From: Candidatus Woesearchaeota archaeon
Lineage (GTDB): Archaea > Nanobdellota > Nanobdellia > Woesearchaeales > GW2011-AR15
Reading direction: 5' to 3'
Assembly: GCA_038874655.1 (NCBI GenBank)
Contig: JAVZBY010000001.1
Location: 68,997 to 132,996, forward strand
DNA length: 64,000 nt
This document shows, one piece after another, positions 50,613 through 61,638 of this stretch. Numbering within the stretch: position 1 is the first letter of the stretch; every line of letters starts with the position of its first letter. The translations under genes were made by a program, and so were the position numbers. The notes under the pieces are model-generated. The model ran no database searches, was not told the origin of the DNA, and saw nothing but the letters and a program-made list of their open reading frames with translations.

Positions 50613-51545
50613 ATGATATCTAATATGAAATGTTCTTTTTGTAGTGAAAAGTCTATTTATGTACAAAATGTTTATTTTAATGTTTTAAAAAATCATATAG
50701 AAAAAAGAACTATACTTTATTGTAAAAAACATTTTATTGAATACTTTGAAGACAAAGTCAAAAAAACTATAAAAAGGTTTAACTTATTAAAAGAAAAGGA
50801 AAGGGTTTGTGTTGCTGCTTCTGGTGGAAAAGATTCTAGTTCATTGCTTTTTTTATTAAAAAAATTAAATTATAATGTTGAAGCTTTGGCAGTTGATGAA
50901 GGAATTAAGGGTTATAGAGATAAAACATTAATAGATTTGAAAAAGTTATGTAAAAAACATAAAATACCCTTAAAAATAGTTAGTTTTAAAGAAAATTTTG
51001 GCTTAAGTTTAGACAATATAGTTAAAAAAGAGAAAAGACCTTGCTCTGCTTGTGGTATTCTTAGAAGAAGGTTATTAAACTATTACTCAAAAGACTATGA
51101 TGCTATTGCAACGGGGCATAATCTAGATGATGAATCACAAGCAATATTAATGAATTTATTTAAAGGAAATATTGATTTACTGAAAAGATTAGGGCCAATA
51201 AGTGGTGAAAGAGAAATAAAAAGCTTCACAAAAAGAGTTAAACCTTTTTATTTTTGTAGTGAGAAAGAGATTTTAATTTATTCATTTTTAAATAGATTAG
51301 AAATAAGTTATAATGAATGCCCACATGTTTATAACTCATTTCGTGCAAAGGTTAGAGATTTTTTAAATAAAAGAGAAAGTGAAAAAAAGGGTATAAAATT
51401 TAATATTGTAAAATGGTTTTTAGAACTAAGATTTAAAAAAACTAAGGATAACATAAAATATTGTAAAATTTGCAATGAACCTAGCTCTAATGATATATGT
51501 AATGTTTGTAGATATATAGAAATACTTGAAAAGAAATTAAAATGA
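50613..51545 (+). CDS. tRNA 2-thiolation protein TtuA/Ncs6 family
   Basis: N-terminal Zn finger, SGGKDS, DEGI.GYR, CSACG..RR, GHNLDDE, CP, C-terminal CxxC..CxxC. Confidence 0.92.
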   Translation: MISNMKCSFCSEKSIYVQNVYFNVLKNHIEKRTILYCKKHFIEYFEDKVKKTIKRFNLLKEKERVCVAASGGKDSSSLLFLLKKLNYNVEALAVDEGIKGYRDKTLIDLKKLCKKHKIPLKIVSFKENFGLSLDNIVKKEKRPCSACGILRRRLLNYYSKDYDAIATGHNLDDESQAILMNLFKGNIDLLKRLGPISGEREIKSFTKRVKPFYFCSEKEILIYSFLNRLEISYNECPHVYNSFRAKVRDFLNKRESEKKGIKFNIVKWFLELRFKKTKDNIKYCKICNEPSSNDICNVCRYIEILEKKLK

Positions 51546-51582
51546 ATTATCTTAAAAATATCTTATAAAAAGTGATATTAAA

Positions 51583-52110
51583 ATGAAATTTATAGATACT
51601 TGTTTTCCAAATAATAATGAATCTTTATTTATAGAGGTAGCTAAAAAAATAGAAACAAATGGCTTGATTTTTATTTATGAAAAAAATTATAACCAAAATG
51701 AAAAAAAATTTGAAAAAAAAAATAATGAGATTATTATTTATAATTTTATTTTAAAAAAAGACATATTCTTGTTCAATGATAATATAAAAAATCTAAAAAA
51801 TAAACTTTGCTTTATAGGTGATAAATTTAAATTGCCTGATAGATTAACACAAGTATATGTTAAAAATATAAAAGAGAATAATATAAAATTGATAATTAGT
51901 CCAAAAATATTAAAAATTAATTCTTATGAACTAAATAAATATATTCTTTTTTTAAAACTTTGCAAAAAATACAATGTTGATTTATATATTTCTAGTTTGG
52001 CAGAAAACCCATATGAATTAAAAGAAAAAAGATTATTGTTTTCATTTATGAATTTTATCACAAAGGACACATGTTATTCTAAAAAATCTTTAAACCTAAT
52101 TTTATTTTGA
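51583..52110 (+). CDS. Reduced RNase P protein Rpp30-like
   Basis: LKLCKKYNV...ISS.A.NPYELK resembles the Rpp30 C-terminal motif; shorter than typical. Confidence 0.55.
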   Translation: MKFIDTCFPNNNESLFIEVAKKIETNGLIFIYEKNYNQNEKKFEKKNNEIIIYNFILKKDIFLFNDNIKNLKNKLCFIGDKFKLPDRLTQVYVKNIKENNIKLIISPKILKINSYELNKYILFLKLCKKYNVDLYISSLAENPYELKEKRLLFSFMNFITKDTCYSKKSLNLILF

Positions 52111-52203
52111 TTAGTTTAGTTGTTTATTTATTTTAAAGTTTATAGGATTAGCAAAAATAGAAATATAGCAATCTTTTTATAGTGTTTGCTTTTTTTATTA
52201 TAT

Positions 52204-53349
52204 ATGGCTAAAATAGAGACCGGTGTAGATAGATTAGTTGAGTTAGTTAATCAAGAAAAAAGAATTTCTATTGATGATGCTGCTAAAAAATTAGGAATTA
52301 GCAAAGTTGTTATCCAAGAGTGGGCTGATTTTTTAGAAGAAGAAAAAATTATAAGCATTGAATATAGCTTTTCTAAAACTTTTTTAGTAGTAAGAAAATT
52401 AACTCAAGAAGAAATAAAAGAAAAAGAAAAATCTTTTACAAGTGAAAAGGATGCTTTTATTAGAAAAGTAGAACAAAGCATTAAAAATTTAGAATCTGAG
52501 TCTGCTGGCTTTTTTGAAATAAAAAAAGAGTTTGATAATATAAAAAATAGTATTGGAAGTGAATTAAAAAAAGTTGAAAATGAACTTAAAGAATTAGAGA
52601 AATATGAATATCTGAAAAAAAATCTGGATGCTGAAATTCAAAAACAGGTTAATGAGTTTCATGAAGTATTGGATAGATATCATAGAGAAATAGATATGGA
52701 ACAGAAAAAACATCAATCCTTATTAGAACAATTAGAGATTGAAAAAAGGGATGTACAATTAAAAGAAACTAAATTAAATAGTATTGAACAAAAAGAACAA
52801 GAGTTATTAAAAAAGATGTCTGAATTATTAGAAATGGCTAAAGAATTACAAAAAAAGAGTTTAGAAGAAAAATCAGAGATTGTTGTTTCAGAAGAAAAAA
52901 TAAAGAATATAGAAAATATGGTTAAATCTATTGAACTAGAATTAAATAAAAAAAGAGAAGAATTACAACCTTTAATTGAAAGAGCTAAAAAACATGAAGA
53001 GCAAATATTAAGCATGCAAGAACAAATATTAAACAAAGCTAAAGAAAAAACCAGTAAAATAGAAAAAGAAATACAAACAAGTAATATTGCTTTAAGTAAT
53101 TTTCAAAAGTTTTTTGAAAAGAAAAATGAGATAGAAGAATTAATAAACAAAATAGAAAATGAAGAAAAAGAAATTAGAAAAGAATACGAAGAATTAGAAA
53201 AAAAAGCACTTGCATTTAATATCGCTACAAATTCTAATGCTATGAATGCTCATTTAAAGGAATTGGAAAAAAAATTAAATGAGGTTAATAATAAAAAAAC
53301 ATCATTAAAACAAGATTTAGAAAAATTGATAAAACTTATAAAGAGATAA
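52204..53349 (+). CDS. Coiled-coil protein with N-terminal winged-helix domain
   Basis: IETGVDRLVELV....ISIDDAAKKLG......EWA..LEE then about 300 aa of heptads. Confidence 0.78.
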   Translation: MAKIETGVDRLVELVNQEKRISIDDAAKKLGISKVVIQEWADFLEEEKIISIEYSFSKTFLVVRKLTQEEIKEKEKSFTSEKDAFIRKVEQSIKNLESESAGFFEIKKEFDNIKNSIGSELKKVENELKELEKYEYLKKNLDAEIQKQVNEFHEVLDRYHREIDMEQKKHQSLLEQLEIEKRDVQLKETKLNSIEQKEQELLKKMSELLEMAKELQKKSLEEKSEIVVSEEKIKNIENMVKSIELELNKKREELQPLIERAKKHEEQILSMQEQILNKAKEKTSKIEKEIQTSNIALSNFQKFFEKKNEIEELINKIENEEKEIRKEYEELEKKALAFNIATNSNAMNAHLKELEKKLNEVNNKKTSLKQDLEKLIKLIKR

Positions 53350-53419
53350 TGCTTAAATAGTATTATTGTAATTTATTATTTTATAAGTATTAAAATTTTA
53401 AAAAAAGAGGGCTTATCAT

Positions 53420-55069
53420 ATGAAGAATTCTAAAAAAAATAGTAAAAAAGAGTTGACTAACAAAAAAGTCAAGAAAAAAGTTTTAGATAAAATCAAGGTT
53501 AATAATACTATAAGTAAAAATATAAGTGCAAAAAATAAAGAAGAATTAAAAGAAAGTAATGAAAAACATAATAGTTTAGAGAATATTGATGATGAGATTA
53601 TAATTGAAACATATAATTTCAAATCAAAGAATATTCCAATAGAAATTACTATTAAAAAAACAAAGGATTTTGTTCCACATTACGAAATTTCTATATCTCA
53701 AATAAGTAAAACAACTGAATTAATATTAGAGAAGATTAGACAACAATTAGTTGATGAAGTTTCATTAGGGTTTTTGGAAATAACTGATTTGAAGAAAAGC
53801 CAAGAGATTGAAGATAAATTTAAGCATAGTATTTCTGTTTTAATAAATAAGTATTTTCCTGATATGGAACAAGAGACAAAGGATTTTTTAACTACATATC
53901 TTATTCAAAAAAGTTTGGGTTTAGGAAATTTAGAAATAATGATGGACGATAATTATTTAGAAGAAATTGTTATTAATTCTGCAAATGAACCTGTATGGGT
54001 TTATCATAAAAAGTATGGGTGGCTTAAAACTAATATGTTTATAGGTGATGAAGAAAAAACTAAGCATTATGCTTCTATGATAGGTAGAAAAGTTGGTAGA
54101 CAAATTAGTGTTTTAGAGCCGTTATTGGATGCACATTTAAATGAAGGAGATAGAGTAAATGCTACTTTGTTTCCTATTTCAACAAGTGGAAATACTATTA
54201 CATTTAGAAAGTTTTCAAGAAATCCGTTTACAATAACACATTTTTTAAATTCAAAAACAATGAGCAAAGAAGCAGCTAGTTTAATCTGGCTATGTATGCA
54301 ATATGAATTATCTGCTATTATTGCAGGTGGAACTGCTTCTGGTAAAACCTCAGTATTAAATGTTTTAGCAACCTTTTTTCCACCTAATCAAAGAATAATT
54401 TCTATTGAAGATACAAGAGAAATAAGATTGCCAAAATTTTTGCATTGGGTTCCTATGAGTACTAGACAAGCTAATGCTGAAGGAAAAGGAGAAATCTCTA
54501 TGGAAGATTTATTAGTAAATAGTTTAAGACAAAGACCTGATAGAATCTTAGTTGGAGAAGTTAGAAGAAAAATGGAAGCAGAAACACTATTTGAAGCAAT
54601 TCATACTGGACACAGTGTTTATGCTACTTTCCATGCAAATAGTGCTGATGAAACTGTTCAAAGATTAACTAATCCACCGATAGATGTGCCAAAAACAATG
54701 TTGCCTGCTATTTCATTGATAATAGTTCAATTTAGAAATAGAAGAACAGGCACAAGAAGAACTTTTCAGATTGCTGAAATCTTGCCAGATGCTAGCGCAA
54801 ATGTAATACTTCAATATAATCCTAAAGAAGATAAATTAGTTCAAGTAAATAAATCAAAAGCGTTATTTGAAACATTAAAATTATTTACTGGATTTAGTGA
54901 TAGTGAAATTAAAAAGGACCTTAAAGAAAAAGAAGCTGTTTTAGATTATTTAATTAAACAGAATATAGATACTGTTGATGGAGTTGGTAGAATTATGGCA
55001 GAATATTATACAAATAAAGATAATTTAATGAAATATGTTAAAAGTAATAAAAGATTTATTGATTTATAG
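53420..55069 (+). CDS. Type IV pilus / secretion ATPase (TadA/CpaF/FlaI family)
   Basis: GGTASGKT, IEDTRE, LRQRPDRI.VGEVR, TGH....TFHA. Confidence 0.93.
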   Translation: MKNSKKNSKKELTNKKVKKKVLDKIKVNNTISKNISAKNKEELKESNEKHNSLENIDDEIIIETYNFKSKNIPIEITIKKTKDFVPHYEISISQISKTTELILEKIRQQLVDEVSLGFLEITDLKKSQEIEDKFKHSISVLINKYFPDMEQETKDFLTTYLIQKSLGLGNLEIMMDDNYLEEIVINSANEPVWVYHKKYGWLKTNMFIGDEEKTKHYASMIGRKVGRQISVLEPLLDAHLNEGDRVNATLFPISTSGNTITFRKFSRNPFTITHFLNSKTMSKEAASLIWLCMQYELSAIIAGGTASGKTSVLNVLATFFPPNQRIISIEDTREIRLPKFLHWVPMSTRQANAEGKGEISMEDLLVNSLRQRPDRILVGEVRRKMEAETLFEAIHTGHSVYATFHANSADETVQRLTNPPIDVPKTMLPAISLIIVQFRNRRTGTRRTFQIAEILPDASANVILQYNPKEDKLVQVNKSKALFETLKLFTGFSDSEIKKDLKEKEAVLDYLIKQNIDTVDGVGRIMAEYYTNKDNLMKYVKSNKRFIDL

Positions 55070-55126
55070 AAAAAAGAATAAAAATAATATTTAAAAGTCA
55101 AATAAAAATATAAAAAAGAGGTTAAT

Positions 55127-55945
55127 ATGGGTTTTTATGAATTTGTTGCAAGTAAATTTCCTAGTTTAAATGAAACTTTAAAAAAAGCTAAATTAAAATA
55201 TAATTCTGTTTATTTTGTAAAAAGAACTTTTATATCTGCAATATATGTTTCATTGGGATTAATATTTATTTTGTTTTTGTTTTTAGGTAAAAGTGTTGAA
55301 CCAAAAATTTTGATTTTGTATTTGTTAATTGCTTTTCCTATTTTTGTTTTTGTAATGTTTTTCTATTTTTTTCAATATCCTAATATAATTATAAACAAAA
55401 TGGATAGAGAAATCTCAAAAGAAGTTGTTTATGCAGGTAGATTCTTGGTTGTTGAATTACAATCTGGTGTAACCTTGTATAAGGCAATGAAAAATTTAAG
55501 TAAAAGCTATCCTATTGTTGGTGCTTTTTTTAAAGAAATTACAGATAAAATTGATTTAGGAAGCTCAATGGAAGATGCTATTTCTGAAGCATTGGAATAT
55601 TGCCCCAGTCAATCTTTAACTAAATTATTATGGCAAATCTCAAATTCTTTAAGAACTGGAAGTGATGTTGCCTCTCCTATAAATACAGTTGTTGAAACTT
55701 TGATAAAAGAACAGAAAATTGCTGTTAATGAATATGCTAGAAAATTAAATCCTTTAGCAATGTTTTATATGATGATTGCTATTATTATGCCTAGTTTAGG
55801 AATAACTATGTTAACTATTGTTGCTTTGTTTTTAGGAATTAAATTAGAGTTAACGATTTTATTAACTATTGCATTTTTAATAGGTTTTATACAGTTTATG
55901 TTTGTTGCTATGATTAATTCAATTAGACCGCCAGTAGAGCTATAA
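55127..55945 (+). CDS. Type II secretion F-domain (TadB/TadC-like) platform protein
   Basis: TM helices flanking SG.....A, G.S.EDA, TGSDV...I. Confidence 0.88.
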   Translation: MGFYEFVASKFPSLNETLKKAKLKYNSVYFVKRTFISAIYVSLGLIFILFLFLGKSVEPKILILYLLIAFPIFVFVMFFYFFQYPNIIINKMDREISKEVVYAGRFLVVELQSGVTLYKAMKNLSKSYPIVGAFFKEITDKIDLGSSMEDAISEALEYCPSQSLTKLLWQISNSLRTGSDVASPINTVVETLIKEQKIAVNEYARKLNPLAMFYMMIAIIMPSLGITMLTIVALFLGIKLELTILLTIAFLIGFIQFMFVAMINSIRPPVEL

Positions 55946-55965
55946 TAAAATAAAAGTGAAATAAA

Positions 55966-56994
55966 ATGAAAATTCACAAAAAGGTTAAAGAAAAAATAAG
56001 TGATTATGAACAAAAAAGAATATTTTCTAATTATATAAAAAAAGCTGGAATAGAAAGTGATTTTGAAAAAATTAATAAAAAGATTTTAAGAATCGTTATT
56101 TTATTTGTTATTTTTTTAACTTTTGTTCTTATTACTTTATTTATAATACATAAAACTTTTTTCAGTGATGCTATAAAGGTTTTAATTTCTTTTTGGTTTG
56201 TAGGTTCTATTTTTTTATATTTGTTAATATGGCTCTCTTTTTTTTTATATATTGATTTTAAGATATACCAAAGAAGAAAAGAAATTGAAGCTGTTTTTCC
56301 TGATTTTTTACAACTTGCTGCTGCAAACATAAATGCTGGAATGCCAATAGATAGAGCTTTGTGGTATGCAATAAGACCAAAATTTGGTATTTTAGCTAAA
56401 GAAATGGAAGAGGTTGCAAAAGCTACTATGGTAGGGGATAGTTTAAGTAAAGCTTTAATTGATTTTTCTAATAAATATGATTCAATTACAATAAAGAGAA
56501 CAATAAATTTATTGCTTGAAGGACTAGAATCTGGGGGAGAAATAGGTGGCTTGTTAATAAAGGTTGCTGATAATTTGAGAGAAACAGAGATATTAAAAAA
56601 AGAAATGGCTTCAAGTGTTACAACTTATATAATATTTATTTTGTTTGCGACTTTAGGGGCTGCACCCTTTTTGTTTGGATTAACTACTGTTTTAGTTTTA
56701 ATAATGGGTAAAATCTTATCAAATGTTAATGTTGGCGAAAATACACAAAGTTTTGGAGGACTTGGAATGTCAATTGGCAAAGGCTCAAGTGTTTCTTTTC
56801 AAGATTATCAAATATTTGCAATTACAAGTATTGTTATTTCTTGTATATTTGCTGCTATTATAACTAGTGTAATTCAAAAGGGTAATGCAAAAGAATCTTT
56901 AAAAAACATACCTATTTATGTTGCAATTGGTTTAATTAATTATTTTATTGCTTTTAATGCTTTGAAATTGTTGTTGATTGGGTTTTTTCAGTAG
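55966..56994 (+). CDS. Type II secretion F-domain (TadB/TadC-like) platform protein
   Basis: FPDFL...A.NI.AGM..DRAL, FG.L..E, SGG.I..LL. Confidence 0.9.
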   Translation: MKIHKKVKEKISDYEQKRIFSNYIKKAGIESDFEKINKKILRIVILFVIFLTFVLITLFIIHKTFFSDAIKVLISFWFVGSIFLYLLIWLSFFLYIDFKIYQRRKEIEAVFPDFLQLAAANINAGMPIDRALWYAIRPKFGILAKEMEEVAKATMVGDSLSKALIDFSNKYDSITIKRTINLLLEGLESGGEIGGLLIKVADNLRETEILKKEMASSVTTYIIFILFATLGAAPFLFGLTTVLVLIMGKILSNVNVGENTQSFGGLGMSIGKGSSVSFQDYQIFAITSIVISCIFAAIITSVIQKGNAKESLKNIPIYVAIGLINYFIAFNALKLLLIGFFQ

Positions 56995-57057
56995 AGTAAT
57001 TGTTTAAAAAAACGTAAAATCAATAATTTTCTTTTATTAAAAAATAGATATAATACC

Positions 57058-57975
57058 CTAATCTTTCTTTAATAAATCCAAATACTCTTTCTTAAATTTA
57101 AATCCTAGTTTTTTTGTTATTTTTTGTATTGCTTTGTCAAAATTGCTACCATATTGAGCTGCTATTTTTTGTCTAAATGCAAATTCTTCTCTTAAACCTA
57201 AATAAATGGCTGTTTTTCTAAGAATATATTTTTTATGATTATCTTTTATTTTTAAGTTTCCTGATATTTTCATTGATTCAATTATTAAAGAATTATCTAA
57301 AAAAGGAGTTAAAAAAGAAACATTTTTTGCTTTTGAAATTAGATAATCTCTTTTAAAATCTCTTTCATACATTGTTTTTAATCCATTCCAGCATTCTTTA
57401 TTTATATCATTAGCTTTTTCATGTCTTAGATAGCCAGCAAAAATTTCTTCGCTTCCTAATCCTCCAAAAAAAAGATCTATATTATCTTTTTCTGCTAGCT
57501 CTATTGCTGCCAATTCAACAGAGCCAACACCTAAGTTTACTATATTTAGTTCTTCTCCTAAAATATTAGCTGTTTTTTTAAAAAGTGACTCTGCTTCATT
57601 TAATGTAATTTCTTTTGTTCTATGATTAAAGTTATAATATTTAGCTATTTTTTGTGATTCATTTAAATCTTTTGAGCCAGTAAAACCTACAGTATAACAA
57701 ATAAAATTTGCATTAAATTTTTTACAAAGATATGCTATTAGCGTTGAATCAACCCCTCCTGAGAAGAAAATACCAAATTTTTTATTTTTTTCAGGAAGTC
57801 TTTTTTTTATTGCTTCTTTTATTGGATTTTTTAAAATGTCTATTGCTAAGTTCTCATCATTTATTTCAATATTTTTTGTTTGTTTTTGAAAATTATCAAT
57901 AAGGTTAATCCATTCTTGATAAGAAATTAAAATAGTTTCATTATTCAATCTTTTTAGATATGTTTCTTGATACAT
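57058..57975 (-). CDS. Asparagine synthetase C-terminal (synthetase) domain protein
   Basis: FSGGVDS, G.GSEE.FAGY, RD, PFLD, KYILR, K.AAQYGS; no glutaminase domain. Confidence 0.85.
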   Translation of the reverse strand: MYQETYLKRLNNETILISYQEWINLIDNFQKQTKNIEINDENLAIDILKNPIKEAIKKRLPEKNKKFGIFFSGGVDSTLIAYLCKKFNANFICYTVGFTGSKDLNESQKIAKYYNFNHRTKEITLNEAESLFKKTANILGEELNIVNLGVGSVELAAIELAEKDNIDLFFGGLGSEEIFAGYLRHEKANDINKECWNGLKTMYERDFKRDYLISKAKNVSFLTPFLDNSLIIESMKISGNLKIKDNHKKYILRKTAIYLGLREEFAFRQKIAAQYGSNFDKAIQKITKKLGFKFKKEYLDLLKKD

Positions 57976-58019
57976 TTTAATATAACTTGTTTAGTTTTTT
58001 ATATTTTTATTTTTTGTGT

Positions 58020-60044
58020 TTATTTGTAATTTATATTATATTTTAATAAATAACAGTCTCTTTGATCCTTTATTTTTGTAAAGTTTGATAGTTTTTCTTT
58101 TATTGAATCTATGGAAATCTTTTTTTCGTGTTTTATTTTATAATTCAAGTTTAAAAATTCAATTTTTGAATAAATTGCATTTTTAGATAAATTTGAAAAA
58201 ATGTAATTATTTGATAATCTATATTTCTCTAATTCTTTATTATTTGGATTATTATTTTGATTTTTTGTTTTTTCAATTAATCCTTTTTTAATTAAATTTT
58301 CAAAATCTCTTAAATCTAAAAGATTTGTTTTTTTTATTAGATCTTCTATTGTAAAATCTTTTAATTGATATGCTGCATGTAATATTTTAATTTCTATTGG
58401 ATTCAGATATTTTATTTCTGGGAGTTTTTTTGTTAAAAATTCTTCAATTGAAATAACAATTTCACCATTTATTGCCTCAATTAAAAGATTATATTCTGCA
58501 TTTTTATCCTGACATAAAAATAAATATGCTGGAATTAATTCATTTTCTATTTTTTCTATAGGTTTTTCTGACATAATAATTATGTCTTTGTGCGTTAATT
58601 TTGGTTTTATTATCGGCAATAATTCTTGGTTTTCAAATTCTTCTATTTTTTCTAAAAAGTTTTCTTCATTAATCTCTTTTGTTTCTAAAATTTCTTTTGC
58701 ATGTCCACCATGTTGGCTTAATCTTGGTCTAATATTTACTAATAGAGGCATGTCTACAATTCCTGTGATTAAAGCAGAACCTATTGGCAAATTAACTAAT
58801 TCTTGCTCAGTAGCATAATTTATGCCTTCTACACTTGTAGAAATTGCTTTTAAATCATTTGGGTTTGTAATTTTCATTATCATTTGGGTTGTGCATTGGC
58901 TTAATACTGATTTATCAACTCTTGCAGGTCTTTGACTTATGATACATAAACCTAAACCAAATTTTCTACCTTCTGAGGCAATTGTTCTTATTATTTTGGA
59001 ACATTTGGTTTCACCAAATGATCTCTCAGGGCAATAATTATGTGCTTCTTCAATTACACAAAAAAAAGGTGGAATCTTTTCTTGTTTTCTTAATTCAAAT
59101 AAGTCTTTTAAGAGTTTAAAAACAATGATTTCTTGTATGTCTGGTGAAATACCTTTCAGATTTATTATAGAGCATTTGCCTGTTTGTATTAACTCATTAT
59201 AAGGGATATATAACTCTGAAAATATTTGCAAACTGTTTAAATATTCTAAATTATTTATTAAGGTCCATTTAGCATTGTTTTCTTCTTTTTCTAGTTCTAA
59301 TAATAATGAAGTAAAGGTAACATTGTTTAAATTTTTTAATGCGCTATATAATATGCCAGATTGTGTGTTAGATAATTTCCCTGGAATCATTTGTGTTATT
59401 TCTAATGGTGTTAAGTTATTGTTTAATCTCAAAGGTCTTAATTCTGGATTTAAATTGGAATCACCATATTCTTGGATATTTTTAAACCCAACTGGCTTTA
59501 AATTGAATTTTTCTAAATCTTGTTTTTGTTCTTCATTAGGGTATTTTAAAGTAGAATATTCTCCATGTGGATCAATTATTAGGATTGGAACTTTTTTTTG
59601 AATTATTTCCTCAATAAGAACTCCAACTGTATATGATTTTCCAGCTCCTGATTTTGCTAAAATTGCAATATGCTTTGTTAAAAGTTTTTTTAAATCTAAA
59701 TAGACATCTATATTTTTTCCTTCTAATCTACCAATAAAAGCACCATTATTCGTGTCATCTAATTTAATTATTTTTTTTATGAATTCATCATCTGCTTTTA
59801 GAACTTCTGAGTTTTGTTCAAAAGGGATTCTTATTGGTTTTATAAGCCCTTTTTCATCTTTATAACCTATAACAATACATTTTGCTATATCCCTGTCTGT
59901 TCTCTCAATTTCAATTACCTGGCATAAAACATAATCATAAACCTTATGATAAACTTGCACAAATTCAAATTTTTTTGTTTCTTTTTCTACTAAAAATTGG
60001 AATTCGTTTGTTGTTATTTTCCCGAAAATTCTACCTAAAAGCAT
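58020..60044 (-). CDS. HerA-like ATPase (DUF87) with C-terminal extension
   Basis: HAS-barrel-like N-terminus, AKSGAGKS, DPHGEY, IEEAH, EGRKFG, SQRPA. Confidence 0.88.
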   Translation of the reverse strand: MLLGRIFGKITTNEFQFLVEKETKKFEFVQVYHKVYDYVLCQVIEIERTDRDIAKCIVIGYKDEKGLIKPIRIPFEQNSEVLKADDEFIKKIIKLDDTNNGAFIGRLEGKNIDVYLDLKKLLTKHIAILAKSGAGKSYTVGVLIEEIIQKKVPILIIDPHGEYSTLKYPNEEQKQDLEKFNLKPVGFKNIQEYGDSNLNPELRPLRLNNNLTPLEITQMIPGKLSNTQSGILYSALKNLNNVTFTSLLLELEKEENNAKWTLINNLEYLNSLQIFSELYIPYNELIQTGKCSIINLKGISPDIQEIIVFKLLKDLFELRKQEKIPPFFCVIEEAHNYCPERSFGETKCSKIIRTIASEGRKFGLGLCIISQRPARVDKSVLSQCTTQMIMKITNPNDLKAISTSVEGINYATEQELVNLPIGSALITGIVDMPLLVNIRPRLSQHGGHAKEILETKEINEENFLEKIEEFENQELLPIIKPKLTHKDIIIMSEKPIEKIENELIPAYLFLCQDKNAEYNLLIEAINGEIVISIEEFLTKKLPEIKYLNPIEIKILHAAYQLKDFTIEDLIKKTNLLDLRDFENLIKKGLIEKTKNQNNNPNNKELEKYRLSNNYIFSNLSKNAIYSKIEFLNLNYKIKHEKKISIDSIKEKLSNFTKIKDQRDCYLLKYNINYK

Positions 60045-60161
60045 ATTTAAGAAAAAATAAAAAGGGTTTATTAAGTTAATTGTAATAGTTCTATTATTAA
60101 TATTATAAGCTAATTAAATTACGAATTAAAATTACGAATAAATAATTAGTTAGTATTTATG

Positions 60162-61577
60162 CTAAATTGGATTTTTAATAACTCCCTTCTCAAAATATTC
60201 CTTTTCACTACCAATTTTATCTATATCATATTTTTTTCCATCTATAATACTTTTTGCAGCTAAAATTCCCATTTCTAGGCTATGATCTTGATTGGTGTAT
60301 TGATATCTACCAGGCCTGCCAACATAATATAAATTATCAAATTGATTTAGATATTTTTTTATTGTTTCTAAATTTTTTTCATATTCCAAATCATAAACAG
60401 GATAAACAAATTTTTTCTTAATTAAATAATAGTTTCTAACATCTTTTTTTGAGATTAATTTTGTTTTTTGTAAATGTTTCATTGTTAATTCAAATAATTG
60501 GTTTTTATTCATGTTCCAAATCTTATCATTTTCATAAACAAAGTATTCAACAAATAAAGAAGTTTTATCCTTTGGTGACATTTCTTTGCTGAAGTTTTTC
60601 ATTTCACTGATTCTAGCAAAAGGTATTTCTTTATTAGGAAAATATATCCAATTATCCTCACTAATTTGTTTTTTGTTTAATGTTATAAATAAATAAACTT
60701 GAGAACGCCATTTTAGATTATTTGCTGCTTGGATAACTTCTTTGTTAGGCAAAGGTTCAAGTAAATTTAAGAAAATTGTTATAGGTATTGAACTAATTAC
60801 ATTCAAAGGAGAGATAGTTTCTTTTTTTCCATTAATTAAAAAATCAATTTTCAAGATTTTTTTATTATTATGATAAATTTTTAGTGGATAACTATTTGTA
60901 TGGATTGTTGCTTTTGTTTTCTTTGCTATTGTTTCATAAATTGTTCCTGTACCATATTTTGGATAATAAAATGCATCAACTAATGTTTTTGGACCTTTTT
61001 GCTTAAATATTGCATTTTTTAATGCTGCTGTTAAACTTAAACCTTTTATTCTTTGTTTTGCCCAATCAGCATGCAATCTGTTACAAGGGATGCCCCAAAT
61101 TTTTTCTGTATAATTGAGCATATTGAAATTACCTAATTTTTTTCCAAAGTTTGCTTCAATATAGTCTTCAAAATTTTTAATTTCGTTTTTTAATAATCTA
61201 TATTTTATTATTGATTCTAGATAAGAAAGTCCTATTTCTGCGCTTTTTATTAAACCTATGTTTTTAAATGCTTGCAAAGCATTTATAGGATAATCATAAA
61301 ATTTACCTTCAATATATTGTCTTGTTTTTCTTTTTACTAAAATCCAATCATTGCCTAAAAGTTCTTCAATCATGTCATAAAGATATTTATTTTTAGAAAA
61401 AAATCTATGAGGTCCTATGTCTGTTCTAAAGATTAAGTCTTTTTCTTTAAAAATTAAGGTTTTAGCCAATCCTCCTATTTTGTCTTCTTTTTCAATTACA
61501 ATTGCTTTTATATTATTTTTATGTAATTCATATAATGCAGACATTCCTGCAGGGCCTGCTCCTAAGATAATGTTCAT
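60162..61577 (-). CDS. FAD-dependent oxidoreductase (HemY/UDP-galactopyranose mutase-like), glycan-locus associated
   Basis: GAGPAG, IGG, DIGPHRFF, F.YP..G.G, YPVY, GR.G...Y.NQDHS. Confidence 0.85.
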   Translation of the reverse strand: MNIILGAGPAGMSALYELHKNNIKAIVIEKEDKIGGLAKTLIFKEKDLIFRTDIGPHRFFSKNKYLYDMIEELLGNDWILVKRKTRQYIEGKFYDYPINALQAFKNIGLIKSAEIGLSYLESIIKYRLLKNEIKNFEDYIEANFGKKLGNFNMLNYTEKIWGIPCNRLHADWAKQRIKGLSLTAALKNAIFKQKGPKTLVDAFYYPKYGTGTIYETIAKKTKATIHTNSYPLKIYHNNKKILKIDFLINGKKETISPLNVISSIPITIFLNLLEPLPNKEVIQAANNLKWRSQVYLFITLNKKQISEDNWIYFPNKEIPFARISEMKNFSKEMSPKDKTSLFVEYFVYENDKIWNMNKNQLFELTMKHLQKTKLISKKDVRNYYLIKKKFVYPVYDLEYEKNLETIKKYLNQFDNLYYVGRPGRYQYTNQDHSLEMGILAAKSIIDGKKYDIDKIGSEKEYFEKGVIKNPI

Positions 61578-61638
61578 TTCAGAAAAGAATTTTTATTAAT
61601 TTTTAAATTTAAAGTACTATCTTATATTAATAAAAAGT

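Noticed and set aside
60117-60139. Short direct repeat AATTACGAAT x2
   Set aside because: Only two short copies in AT-rich DNA; not distinguishable from chance
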